A stretch of DNA of 62,237 bases, filler included. It is 7 parts of 7 records of this genome, joined end to end, with 100 filler letters (N's around TTAATTAATTAA, not from the genome) between each part and the next. Parts side by side here need not be neighbours in the genome. Positions count along the whole stretch, not along the records: positions 21,138 to 29,960 come from SRR31147125_27036; positions 30,061 to 39,026 come from SRR31147125_27127; positions 39,127 to 55,310 come from SRR31147125_27142; 4 more parts are not named here. The stretch is one strand, 5' to 3'. The notes below the pieces were generated by a model. The model worked only from the letters and a program-made list of their open reading frames with translations. It was not told the DNA's origin and searched no databases. The stretch's first letter is position 1; every line of letters begins with the position of its first letter. Below, one piece after another: positions 28,722 to 39,142 of the stretch. A program made the position numbers and the translations under genes.

Positions 28722-29929
28722 ATGATTTATATTGTCAGTCTTGTGGTTTTTTCTGTAGTCATTTTTCTTCTTGTGGGGGTGCTGCTTCTGGTGGATGCCA
28801 AGGTGGCTGTGACCGGAGAGCGTTCCATTGTCATCAATGGGGATGATGAGAGCCCTTTGAAGATCCCGGGAACCCCTTCGCTGTTGACCGCCCTGGGCAA
28901 CAACAATATCTTTTACCTTCAGCTTGCGGCGGTAGTGGGTCATGCGGCATGTGTAAATGCGTGGTCACTCAGGGCGGAGGTGCGATATTACCCACGGAGC
29001 TTGCCCATTTAAGTCCCAAGGACAAACAGCTTGGCAAACGGCTTTCTTGCCAGCTCAAAGTGAAAACCGATCTGGAGATCGAAGTACCGGAATCCATCTT
29101 CGGTATTCGAAAATTCGGTGCAAACGTCGTCTCCAATAATAACATTTCCACCTATATCAAAGAGTTGGTGTTGAAACCCGACGATCCGGTGCTCTTCAAG
29201 GCAGGCAGTTACATTCAGATTGATGTGCCGGAGTATGAGTGCTGTTTTAAGGATTTCAACATAGATAGCCGGTTTGTCAGTGAATGGAAAAAATATAACC
29301 TGCTGGAACTGACGTCGTCGGGCATGTGTCCGGGATTTCGCGCTTACTCTTTAGCCAATCCGCCCCATGAAAAAGATGTTCTGAAGATGACGGTGAAGAT
29401 CGCTACCCCGCCGCCGGGAACATTGGGAATCCCGCCTGGGTTCGGATCCTCGTATGTATTTGGACTAAAACCCGGAGATCGGGTGACGGTGAGCGGGCCT
29501 TACGGAGATTTTTTTGTGAAGGAGAGCGAGCGGGAAAAGTGTTTTGTCGGGGCTGGGATTGCCCCCCTTCGCAGTCATGTGTTGGATCAGCTGGAAGGAG
29601 ATAAAACCGCCAATAAAATCACCTTCTGGTACGGCGCTCGAACCCTCAAGGATGTCTGCTATCAAGATACCTTTAAACATTTGGAAAAAACCTACGAAAA
29701 CTTTCATTATTATATCTCGCTGTCCAAACCCGACCCGGAAGATGGCGAATGGAACGGGCATGTGGGGTACATTCAAAATCAGCTGGCCGCACTATACCTG
29801 GAAGATCACGATGATCCATCAGAGATCGAGTTTTATTTGTGCGGTCCTCCCATGATGATTGACGGCATCGTGGAGACGCTGGATCGATACGGTGTAGATG
29901 AAAACATGATTTTTTACGATAAGTTTTAA
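28722..29929 (+). CDS. nqrF: NqrF (frameshifted at the T4 run near 28912; ORFs 28722-29012 and 28949-29929)
   Basis: N-terminal TM helix; restored [2Fe-2S] motif LPSACGGSGSCGMCKC; RLSCQLKV; RAYSLAN; SGPYGDF; FYLCGPPMM; terminal DKF. Confidence 0.92.
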
Positions 29930-29960
29930 GGAACTCGTCAGTCATAAGTTCTCCGCAGCT

Positions 29961-30060
29961 NNNNNNNNNNNNNNNNNNNNNNNNNNNNNNNNNNNNNNNN
30001 NNNNTTAATTAATTAANNNNNNNNNNNNNNNNNNNNNNNNNNNNNNNNNNNNNNNNNNNN
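29961..30060. other. Artificial contig spacer
   Basis: N44-TTAATTAATTAA-N44. Confidence 0.99.
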
Positions 30061-30140
30061 AAAAAAGGCTTGTTAATACTGGCACTTTTGCTTAAGTTGT
30101 GCGCCTAAATGTGCTGTAATAATCGAAGAGTCACTTAAAG

Positions 30141-30698
30141 TTGCCTTATCTTGATACCGAAAATATCGATATTGAGAAAATTTGCCAGGGAGATATAGGT
30201 GAATTTGAAAAATTATACCGCCGATTTTGTGAGTCGCTTGTGTTATTTGCAAACAAGTATGTTTATGACCTGGACATCGCTGAAAATATCGTGCAGGATG
30301 TTTTTATAAAGGTCTGGCAAAACCGCACTAATTTTGATCCTTTTGGTAATCTTAAAACTTATTTGTTCACCTCCGTAAAAAATCATGCTCTCAATACTGT
30401 TAAACACCAGGGAATTGAACGCCGCTATAGAGAAACGATTATTATTAATGAGCGTGATGATTTTACCCCGGAAACTCAATTTATGTTAAATGAATTGGAA
30501 GCAGAGGTCAACAAAGCCGTGAAGTGTCTTCCCGAGAAATGTCGTTTAATATTTCTCATGAGCCGGAATGATTATCTAACCTATGCTGAGATCGCCGAGG
30601 TTTTGGGTTTGTCCATCAAGACTGTAGAAAATCAGATGGGCAGAGCACTGAAAACCTTTCGCTCATATCTTGCTTATTTTATCTTAATGATGTTTTAA
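30141..30698 (+). CDS. ECF RNA polymerase sigma-70 factor (FecI-like)
   Basis: AENIVQDVFIKVW region 2; LPEKCRLIF..SR...TYAEIAEVLGLSIKTVENQMGRA region 4. Confidence 0.92.
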   Translation: MPYLDTENIDIEKICQGDIGEFEKLYRRFCESLVLFANKYVYDLDIAENIVQDVFIKVWQNRTNFDPFGNLKTYLFTSVKNHALNTVKHQGIERRYRETIIINERDDFTPETQFMLNELEAEVNKAVKCLPEKCRLIFLMSRNDYLTYAEIAEVLGLSIKTVENQMGRALKTFRSYLAYFILMMF

Positions 30699-30954
30699 AC
30701 CAGCTGAATATTTTCGTTACCCCCAGGTTCTTCGAAATAGAATGACAATTTAATCATTACCATAGACGGACCTTTTTCTCAAATAACAAAAAGTACTATT
30801 TCATCCCGCCAACATTTGACCACCCATAAAAAAATCTCGTGACATTTTCTTACCAACACAAAAATATTTATTCTTTGAATAGGGGTTATAACGTTCTTAA
30901 TTGTATTATAAAAGAATATAGATTGTAATTAATTAAAAAACTTTCGAGGTCAAA

Positions 30955-32001
30955 GTGCACATCAAATGGAATCTTATAGCAAAGTATATTTCGCAGGAAT
31001 GTACCGAGGTGGAAAACAAGCTCATTGAGGCTCGTATTAAATCTGATCAAGTGTTTGCTAAACTCATAAAAACACTGCAAACATCGACAAATTTGCATGA
31101 AATGCCATCCAGACCAGTAAAAGTCGAGGCATTATGGCAGGAATTCAAGCAAAGAACAAACACTGAAACAAACAGAGCAACTATTAGAAAACTTGTTCCT
31201 TCAAATAAAGTAAAGTCGAGCAGGCGCCCAGGGCGATTGCATCCTGTTTTCCGAATAGCTGCCATGTTGATTCTAACTATTTCGGTATCTTTTCTGATTT
31301 CCAAAGGATTGGAAATTTCTTCGGAAAAAACAATGCTGGCATACCAGTATGAAACTGTGAATGTAAAAAATTGCCAGCGATTAAATATAAGTCTTACGGA
31401 TGGGAGTCAGATAACGGTTGATGCAGGAAGTGAACTCCGATATTTTACGACTTATCAGGACGAGAGACATGTCTATCTCAAGGGTGAGGCCTGCTTTAAT
31501 GTTGCCCATGATACTCAGCGACCGTTTTATGTTCACGCAGGTAATGCCGTTGTTCGTGTAGTTGGGACAAGGTTTAACGTACGGTCGTGGGACATTAATC
31601 CGGACGTTGTAGTGACTGTTGCCGAAGGAAAAGTCATGGTGGGTCATGATGATTCTCTTCAATCGGGCACTACAATGCTTTCCAGCGGGGAACAGAGTAC
31701 CCTTACTGCTCATGGAGTGTTGTCTCAACCTCTTAAAGTTGATGCTGAAAAATATTTTACATGGATGCAAAATGAAATTTATTTTGAGAACGCCAAAGTG
31801 AAGGAAGTTGTAGCGCAACTGGAGCGATGGTATGATTTTCAATTTGTATTCGAGGAGCAGCAAGCACTGGAACAGGTAATAACAGTTCATATCCGGAGGG
31901 CAAATATTAATGAAGTAAATCAAGTGATATCGTTAGTGACGGATACTGAGGTGGTTCGCGATGGAAGAGTGATCCGGTTTTTACAAAAGAATGAAATATA
32001 A
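30955..32001 (+). CDS. FecR-family anti-sigma factor
   Basis: Central TM helix; LTDGSQI, LKGEACFNV, VRVVGTRFNV, V.VAEGKV and LERWY motifs. Confidence 0.92.
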   Translation: MHIKWNLIAKYISQECTEVENKLIEARIKSDQVFAKLIKTLQTSTNLHEMPSRPVKVEALWQEFKQRTNTETNRATIRKLVPSNKVKSSRRPGRLHPVFRIAAMLILTISVSFLISKGLEISSEKTMLAYQYETVNVKNCQRLNISLTDGSQITVDAGSELRYFTTYQDERHVYLKGEACFNVAHDTQRPFYVHAGNAVVRVVGTRFNVRSWDINPDVVVTVAEGKVMVGHDDSLQSGTTMLSSGEQSTLTAHGVLSQPLKVDAEKYFTWMQNEIYFENAKVKEVVAQLERWYDFQFVFEEQQALEQVITVHIRRANINEVNQVISLVTDTEVVRDGRVIRFLQKNEI

Positions 32002-32021
32002 TTCAAAGGGAGATCAAAAAG

Positions 32022-35000
32022 ATGCTTCGACAAACCTGGATAATTTTATTAATCGCCATTTTTAGTTCACTAAATATCCTGTACGCCCAGGATAGTCAGG
32101 AAACCACCGAGGATGTTGATATTTACCAATACGCTGGACAATTATTGCCCACAAATTTGCTAAATAAGACCAGCGTCATGTTCGAGGACGTTCCTCTCGA
32201 ATATGCTCTGAACACGATGAGAGATGAGCATGGGATTGATTTGAGCTATAACAAGTCGAAAATGCCTTTAAAGCAACGAGTAAATCTTCGTATGAAAGGC
32301 GTTTATGTATTGGAAGCGCTGCTCGGAGTTTTAAAAAATACGGGAACGACTCTGCAAATCACAAAGGGTGGCAATTTAGCCCTGGTTGAGAGTGAAAACC
32401 AGTCGGGCGGAAAAGGACAAAAGCTCGGTAGAGGAAAAATAATCGGTTCCGTGAAGGATAAAAGTACGGGTGAGCCTTTACCCGGTGCCAATGTCTTTTT
32501 GCAGGGAACCAGTATAGGCGCGTCCTCCCAACTAGACGGAAAATATGTGATACCGAATGTACCTCCGGGCAGTTTTAAAATCATTGTCAAATATATTGGT
32601 TATAAAGACGACGAAATCCCGATTAAAGTTCTGGCAGGAAAAAGTATAGTAATAAATGTTGAACTGGATTTCTCAGCCCTTGTGGGAGATGAAGTAACCG
32701 TCACTGCCCAGGCTGAGGGGCAAATGGCCGCAATAAATCAACAAATATCAGCACGAACGATTAAAAATGTGGTCGCTGCTGACCGCATTCAGGATGTTCC
32801 GGATGTTAATGCTGCAGAGTCTGTTTCACGACTACCCGGTATATCACTCGTCAGAAGTGGTGGAGAAGGACAAAAGGTAACTATCCGTGGATTGTCGCCA
32901 AAATATAATGTCATGATGGTAAATGGCGTTCGTATGCAATCCACTGACCGTAACGATCGAAGTGTGGATTTGAATATGATTACACCAAACATCCTTTCCG
33001 GAATTGAAGTTACTAAAGCTCTGACAGCGGATATGGATGCAGATGCTGTTGGTGGTACGGTTAACCTTAAAATAAGTAAAGCCGATGCAGGATTTCACAG
33101 CAAGTTTTCTCTGCAAAATGGTTATGGATCTTTAGCAAGTACTTATGGTAATTACAGGGCCACGGGTTTGCTTAGTAATCGATTTTTTAGTGGTAAACTG
33201 GGTGTTCAGGTTTCAGGAAATTTGGATAATTTTAACAGAAACTCTGATGTTCTAAGTGCGGGATATGCATTAAATGAAGAAGCTGTACTGGAGGAGGGTT
33301 TAATTCCGATAGATCTTGCTCGAACAACCATAAGCGACAAAGTTACAGATAGACAAAGAGCAGGTGGCGGATTGGTTCTGGACTATCAATTCTCCAATGG
33401 ATCATTACTTTTAAACAATTTTGTAAGCAATCTTTCTGAAGATCAGGTAGAGGTGCAAAATTCTTTCGCCCTTTCTGCAAATCAATTTACTGGATTTGCG
33501 GCAGAAAGGGAGCTAAGCAACACTGTAATCAGTAATGCACTTCAGGGCGAGTTTACTTTCTTTAATATTGACATGGATTTTTCACTGTCCAATTCAATCT
33601 CAAAACAATACAGACCCGGCGATCTCCAGATGAATATAGTCATGGCACAAAACCAGGCAGGCTTTGAATCATCTATAGAGGATCAATTGGCAGCGACTCC
33701 AAGTGATTTTTTAAATAGTGTAACAGTTTATGAGGATTTGAGAATTAATCGTATTTTTTCACTTGAGCGAGATGTTGTTGAATCTGCCCAGGATGCTGCT
33801 CTCAATTTTAATGTACCTTTTAACATTACAAATTATATTTCTGGTGATCTTAAACTCGGTGGTAAATACGTACACAACACCAGGGATAACGATGAAACAC
33901 AAAATTACAATCAGCCGGATAGAGCCTATTTTGGGGAACAATTTGTAAGAGCTATGCGAGAATCTTTATGGACAGATCTTGGATTAGAGGTGATTGATGA
34001 ACACCTTGGAATAAGAGCTTCCTTGTTTGAAGATCCGGATTATGATATAGGGAATTTTCTTTCCGGTGAAGAAGGGGTTGATAACTTTTTCTACACGCCT
34101 TCAATTTCGAAAATGAAACATTTTGAAGAGTTGGCAAGTAAAAATGGTGCTTTTCCTATTATAGCAAGAGAATCATTCCAATATGATTATGATTATACAA
34201 GGGATTTGTCTGCATTTTATATAATGACGGATTTGAATATTGGAAATTATGTTACACTTTTACCGGGTGTGAGATATGAAAAATATGATATTGACTATAA
34301 TGCATTTTATACACAAAGATTCGGTCCGAACCCTGAAGATTTTTCAAATGAACCATTGGAATCCAATACAACAAGTGAAAACTGGTTCCCGCAAATGCAA
34401 ATGCGTATTAAACCTACCAGTTGGTTGGATGTGCGTTTGGCAAGCACCAAAAGTATAATTTATCCAGATTATCGGGCTATTTCACCCTATATGTACTATG
34501 ATTCGTATGGTACTCCTACAATATCTTTAGGAAATCCCGCTCTCAATCCCGCTTTATCCCAAAACTATGATATTTATGCCTCAGTTTATGATAATTATAT
34601 TGGGCTATTTACTGCCGGTTATTTTTATAAAGAAATGGAGGATTTAATTGTTTCATCAAGTTTTAAGACCAAAGATTCTGAAAAGATTAATAATAGATAT
34701 GACCTGCCTCAAACAGCCCAGACAAACATTAGTACATGGATTAATTTAGATGCTACATCATTTGTAAAAGGTTTTGAATTAGACTGGCAAACTCATTTTT
34801 GGTATCTGCCTTCATACTTTAAAGGTGCGGTTTTCAATATTAATTATACACATATTACTTCTGAAACGTCTTATCCATTTCAGGTTTTTGTCAAACAAGG
34901 AACGGGTCCATTTGCAAAATCTGTAGGGATTGATTCTACCAGAACAGGCAGGATGCCAAATCAACCAAATGATATTTTGAATGCCACAGTAGGCTATGAT

Positions 35001-35282
35001 ATCGGTGGTCTTTCAGCACGATTATCTTTTCTATACCAGGACAATGTTTTAGGAGGGGCACATTCAACTTATGCAGAACTTGATTCCTACACAGATGCCT
35101 ATTATAGATGGGATTTGACCGTTTACCAAAAACTTCCCTGGTATAGAGGACTCCAGGTGTATATGAATGTCAATAATATCACAAACAGACCGGATCGTCG
35201 ATTTGTGAGTGTATTGGAATTATTGTCTTCTGCAGATTACTATGGCAGGACGTTAGATGTTGGTCTTCGCTACCAGTTTTGA
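32022..35282 (+). CDS. TonB-dependent receptor with N-terminal signalling (STN-like) extension
   Basis: Signal peptide, STN-like region, carboxypeptidase-like domain (GEPLPGANV), plug (AESVSRLPGIS..IRGL), GNPALNP, C-terminal Phe (GLRYQF). Confidence 0.93.
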   Translation: MLRQTWIILLIAIFSSLNILYAQDSQETTEDVDIYQYAGQLLPTNLLNKTSVMFEDVPLEYALNTMRDEHGIDLSYNKSKMPLKQRVNLRMKGVYVLEALLGVLKNTGTTLQITKGGNLALVESENQSGGKGQKLGRGKIIGSVKDKSTGEPLPGANVFLQGTSIGASSQLDGKYVIPNVPPGSFKIIVKYIGYKDDEIPIKVLAGKSIVINVELDFSALVGDEVTVTAQAEGQMAAINQQISARTIKNVVAADRIQDVPDVNAAESVSRLPGISLVRSGGEGQKVTIRGLSPKYNVMMVNGVRMQSTDRNDRSVDLNMITPNILSGIEVTKALTADMDADAVGGTVNLKISKADAGFHSKFSLQNGYGSLASTYGNYRATGLLSNRFFSGKLGVQVSGNLDNFNRNSDVLSAGYALNEEAVLEEGLIPIDLARTTISDKVTDRQRAGGGLVLDYQFSNGSLLLNNFVSNLSEDQVEVQNSFALSANQFTGFAAERELSNTVISNALQGEFTFFNIDMDFSLSNSISKQYRPGDLQMNIVMAQNQAGFESSIEDQLAATPSDFLNSVTVYEDLRINRIFSLERDVVESAQDAALNFNVPFNITNYISGDLKLGGKYVHNTRDNDETQNYNQPDRAYFGEQFVRAMRESLWTDLGLEVIDEHLGIRASLFEDPDYDIGNFLSGEEGVDNFFYTPSISKMKHFEELASKNGAFPIIARESFQYDYDYTRDLSAFYIMTDLNIGNYVTLLPGVRYEKYDIDYNAFYTQRFGPNPEDFSNEPLESNTTSENWFPQMQMRIKPTSWLDVRLASTKSIIYPDYRAISPYMYYDSYGTPTISLGNPALNPALSQNYDIYASVYDNYIGLFTAGYFYKEMEDLIVSSSFKTKDSEKINNRYDLPQTAQTNISTWINLDATSFVKGFELDWQTHFWYLPSYFKGAVFNINYTHITSETSYPFQVFVKQGTGPFAKSVGIDSTRTGRMPNQPNDILNATVGYDIGGLSARLSFLYQDNVLGGAHSTYAELDSYTDAYYRWDLTVYQKLPWYRGLQVYMNVNNITNRPDRRFVSVLELLSSADYYGRTLDVGLRYQF

Positions 35283-35541
35283 TGAAACGCTACATCTTTT
35301 TAGATTAGCATGATGATGTTCTGTCAAAAAATATTGTAGAACGAAATTGGTATTTTGTTTTTAATATGAAAGGAGGAAACAGTCAGTCAATTCAAAGGTA
35401 GCATTATTAAAGTTAACCCAGGTGATTATTTAACATGAAAGGAAACAAGTAATTAAAATTATAAAGAGCTACTGGAAAAAACTAGGATGTAGAAAAATCT
35501 AGTTGGTAACTAGATACAAAACTTAACAAGGAGGAAAGAAC

Positions 35542-37239
35542 ATGAAGAAATTGACATATCTACTACTTACATTTTGCTTGGTCTTGGCAACAACGGGTCT
35601 GGCTCAGGACCTGACGCTTGATCCAAACCAGTTTGTTAACACACAAATCCTCGCCGATACCCTTGCTGATGGATCTCAAGCACACTCTGTTTATACACTC
35701 GAACGATCCACAGCTTATGCTTTTGATGGACGTCTTGATATTACTTTCCCATGTACAATTATTGGCCCGGATAATGGTCCAATCATTCATGATGATTCTA
35801 ATGGCACACCTCCTGTATTAGTAAATACTCCTGCAGCAGATGGTTCTGCAAGACAGTTTTTTGAGATTTTGGAAGGCGGATCTTTAGTTCTAAAAAATCT
35901 CATAATAAGTGGATTGCATAATAACGAGGAAGTGGTCGGGACTGTTACTCAGAGTACAGCCGGTAGTGAATATACTGCTGATAACGTTGCATTTGTCGAT
36001 TGGCAGGATTTCGCCTTCAGAAATCGAGGATTAAACATTGATATTTCCGTTACAAACTGTGTTTTTATAAACGGTGTTAGAACGAGATATTCACCTTGGG
36101 GTGGTTTTCCAATGCGTTTGGACGTTTCCGGTGAGAATGTATTGATAGAAAATAATACCGTTGTAAATTCCGGTAGATTATTTACGAATAGTGGTCCTTT
36201 CTTTAATGCAACAATCCATGAACTTCATAATACATATCTCAATTCGACTAAAGCCGGCCATGAACAGCGTGGCAATGAGATAATAACTGCAAATAATATA
36301 TTCTATAACTTTGACTTTATTGGACGTTCAGAATATAATAATACTTATGACTCTTATTTTACAACGTGGAATTATTATGCTCCTTGCGCTGATAGTCTTG
36401 ACAAAATTTCATTATTTTTGGGACAAAATGCTTTTTATCGTGAACAAGCCGTATTAGACTGGTTTGAAGCAGATACTTTTATGGTTGGACTATTCTGGGA
36501 ACATGCTGATGTTGATTCATTCGTTTGGTTTGATGAGGAATATACAATTGGTACAAACTATAACGAATTTGATCCGGAATTTACTGTTCATCCAGGCAAC
36601 ACACCTAAACTGGTTGAATTTTTAGATGCTTATTGGGCTCCTGAAGCAGAAAGACCGGCAGAATTTCCTGATTGGCGAGTTGAATCCCCTGTAACATTTG
36701 ATGATGATGGTATGCCTGTCGTTAACTGGCCGCCGGCATTTGATTTAAGTTATTCAAATACATACTTACAAACAGCTGGTACTGATGGACTACCAGTTGG
36801 AGATTTAAACTGGTTTCCTGATGCAAAAGAAACTTATCTGGCAAATAGGGATCAAAACATAGCAGCATTAAGAGATTCAATACTCAATGCAAAAGCTGTA
36901 TACGTTCCTGGTTCACCAACACCTATGATTACACCTGATGTAACGGCTGTTGATGATTTTAATGTAGCAAATCCGGTTGAATTTAGCCTTGCTCAAAACT
37001 ATCCTAATCCTTTTAATCCAAGCACAACCATTAAATATACTGTTGCCGAACCTGCCATTGTCAAGATTGCGATTTTTAATACATTGGGTCAAAAGGTTAA
37101 AACATTGGTTGATGCTCATCAATTGAGCGGAGCATATACTCTCACAGTCAATGCCAGTGATCTCTCCTCGGGTATTTATTTTTACTCAATCCAGGCGGAC
37201 AACTTTAGTCAAACCAGAAAAATGATCCTGATGAAATAA
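35542..37239 (+). CDS. Secreted beta-helix-like protein with T9SS type A C-terminal sorting domain
   Basis: Signal peptide; NCVF.N/ENNT.VN/HNTYLN/NNIFYN repeats; GDLNWFP; FSLAQNYPNPFNPST...SGIYFY...TRKMILMK. Confidence 0.85.
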   Translation: MKKLTYLLLTFCLVLATTGLAQDLTLDPNQFVNTQILADTLADGSQAHSVYTLERSTAYAFDGRLDITFPCTIIGPDNGPIIHDDSNGTPPVLVNTPAADGSARQFFEILEGGSLVLKNLIISGLHNNEEVVGTVTQSTAGSEYTADNVAFVDWQDFAFRNRGLNIDISVTNCVFINGVRTRYSPWGGFPMRLDVSGENVLIENNTVVNSGRLFTNSGPFFNATIHELHNTYLNSTKAGHEQRGNEIITANNIFYNFDFIGRSEYNNTYDSYFTTWNYYAPCADSLDKISLFLGQNAFYREQAVLDWFEADTFMVGLFWEHADVDSFVWFDEEYTIGTNYNEFDPEFTVHPGNTPKLVEFLDAYWAPEAERPAEFPDWRVESPVTFDDDGMPVVNWPPAFDLSYSNTYLQTAGTDGLPVGDLNWFPDAKETYLANRDQNIAALRDSILNAKAVYVPGSPTPMITPDVTAVDDFNVANPVEFSLAQNYPNPFNPSTTIKYTVAEPAIVKIAIFNTLGQKVKTLVDAHQLSGAYTLTVNASDLSSGIYFYSIQADNFSQTRKMILMK

Positions 37240-37253
37240 TATCATTTTCTGTT

Positions 37254-37285
37254 AAAAAGCCCGGTTTTAATTGCCGGGCTTTTTT
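37254..37285 (+). terminator. Rho-independent terminator
   Basis: AAAAAGCCCGG-ttttaattg-CCGGGCTTTTTT directly after the T9SS cargo gene. Confidence 0.85.
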
Positions 37286-37866
37286 ATTACATTTCAATAC
37301 GATGTCGCAATAAAAAAGCACGGTTATGACATCGATGTGTAATATGCAGATATAACCAGGCTGAAATTGTCTATTTACAAGGGGGTATGCTAATGACTTG
37401 TTAGAATGCTGTTTTTCTCAGATAATATTCGTTCCAGAGCACATTTTATATCGATGTTTAAACTTTGTTGTTTTTTATATAGATGATGTGGTCCGATCCC
37501 ATGTGCTCTATTGTGAACGATCGAATGACTTTCGACATTAACAACCCAAAATATCTTTTTAAATAATCTCTTGACATATATGTGTTTTACCCTTACCATT
37601 AGTTAGTTGAATTCTTTTATGATACCCTCATCGAATATCAACTCGGCATACCTATGGATAGCCATAACTTACAGAAACTATAATTTCTTTCTTTATCACT
37701 ATTATCCTCACTCGTCGTAAAATTGAAAAGTTTTAAATGGCACATATGTGACTTTATATATGCTATTTTTCTGTTTAATTCATTTGCTTGTTCCTGCAAT
37801 GTGTTCGTATCTGAAATCATTTATTGGCATTTCATATATGTTACATAATTTATCAGAGGTGCAAAA

Positions 37867-39026
37867 ATGGATAAGACTTTTCTTCATTGGCGTTTCATTA
37901 GTTCATTATTCATTTTCACTTTGTTTGCACAAGTAAATGCTGCCGATATTCTTTCAGGGCGTGTTTATGAAGGCGACAAAGGCACAGAACCGCCAACATC
38001 AAGGGCGCTTTCCAGTGTCACAGTAAAACTCTATGGCTCCAATAATTCAGATAATCTCGGATCACAAATCGGCAGTACGACTACAAATAGCCATGGATGG
38101 TATGGACTTACGGCAACCGTGGGATACGAATTTTACACGATTTTAGAAACAGATCCATCCAGCTATTACTCGGTGGGGGCAACTTCTGTCGATGGAACAG
38201 TCATTAATGACAATCAAATCCGCTACTCCGTTATTAGTGGGCCACTTTCAGATCAAACACTTACCGGAAATAAATTTTGGGATAAACCGGATACGCCCGC
38301 AAACAATCCACCCGTTGCTGATGCGAACGGTCCCTACACAGGAACTGTTGGGCAATCAATTACTTTGGATGGTTCCGGTAGTAGTGATCCTGATGCAGGC
38401 GATAGCATTGTGAGCTACGAATGGGACCTCGATAATGATGGCCAATATGACGATGCGATGGGCGTTAATCCATCATGGATCTGGAATTCACCAACAACGA
38501 TCATCATTCGGCTAAAGGTTACCGACTCATTTGGAGCAACAGACACGGATGGTTCTACTGTTACAATTAATGATCAGCCTCAACCCTGTGAAGCTGCATT
38601 TGATGCTGATCCCAGAGAGGGCTGTGCGCCATTAACAGTGAATTTTACTGACAAGTCTCAAAATGCCCGGTCATGGATCTGGACTTTTCCAGGTGGAAAT
38701 CCAGGTACGAGTACTCTACAAAATCCAGGCGTTATATACCAAAATCCTGGAACCTATTCCGTTGCATTAAAAATAACGTGCGAAAATGGTGTGGTTGATT
38801 CAACAATCAAACTGGATTATATTACAGTTCGTAATTGCAATCCGGAAATGGATTTTGGCGATGCGCCGAGAGGTTATCCCACTATACTGGGAGATAATGG
38901 AGCCCGACATATTATCGATCCGGATGTATATCTTGGTGCACAAATCGATTCTGAAACCGACGGGCAGCCTAACTCAGATGCTTCCGGGGATGATAATGAT
39001 GGAACTGATGACGATGACGGCGTGGT
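37867..39026 (+). CDS. Secreted PKD-domain protein, 3'-truncated
   Basis: Signal peptide; PVADANGPY...LDGSGSSDPD...YEWDLD and APLTVNFTD..W.W.F PKD repeats; DFGDAP motif. Confidence 0.8.
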
Positions 39027-39126
39027 NNNNNNNNNNNNNNNNNNNNNNNNNNNNNNNNNNNNNNNNNNNNTTAATTAATTAANNNNNNNNNNNNNNNNNN
39101 NNNNNNNNNNNNNNNNNNNNNNNNNN
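39027..39126. other. Artificial contig spacer
   Basis: N44-TTAATTAATTAA-N44. Confidence 0.99.
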
Positions 39127-39142
39127 AAATACTTGGGATAAT

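Noticed and set aside
24057-29929. nqrB and nqrF as pseudogenes or phase-variable genes
   Set aside because: Each is repaired by one base in a short homopolymer, nearly all motifs are intact, and the runs are too short for typical phase variation.
37390-37936. Short ORFs between the T9SS cargo and PKD genes
   Set aside because: No recognisable motifs or convincing RBS; AT-rich intergenic sequence.
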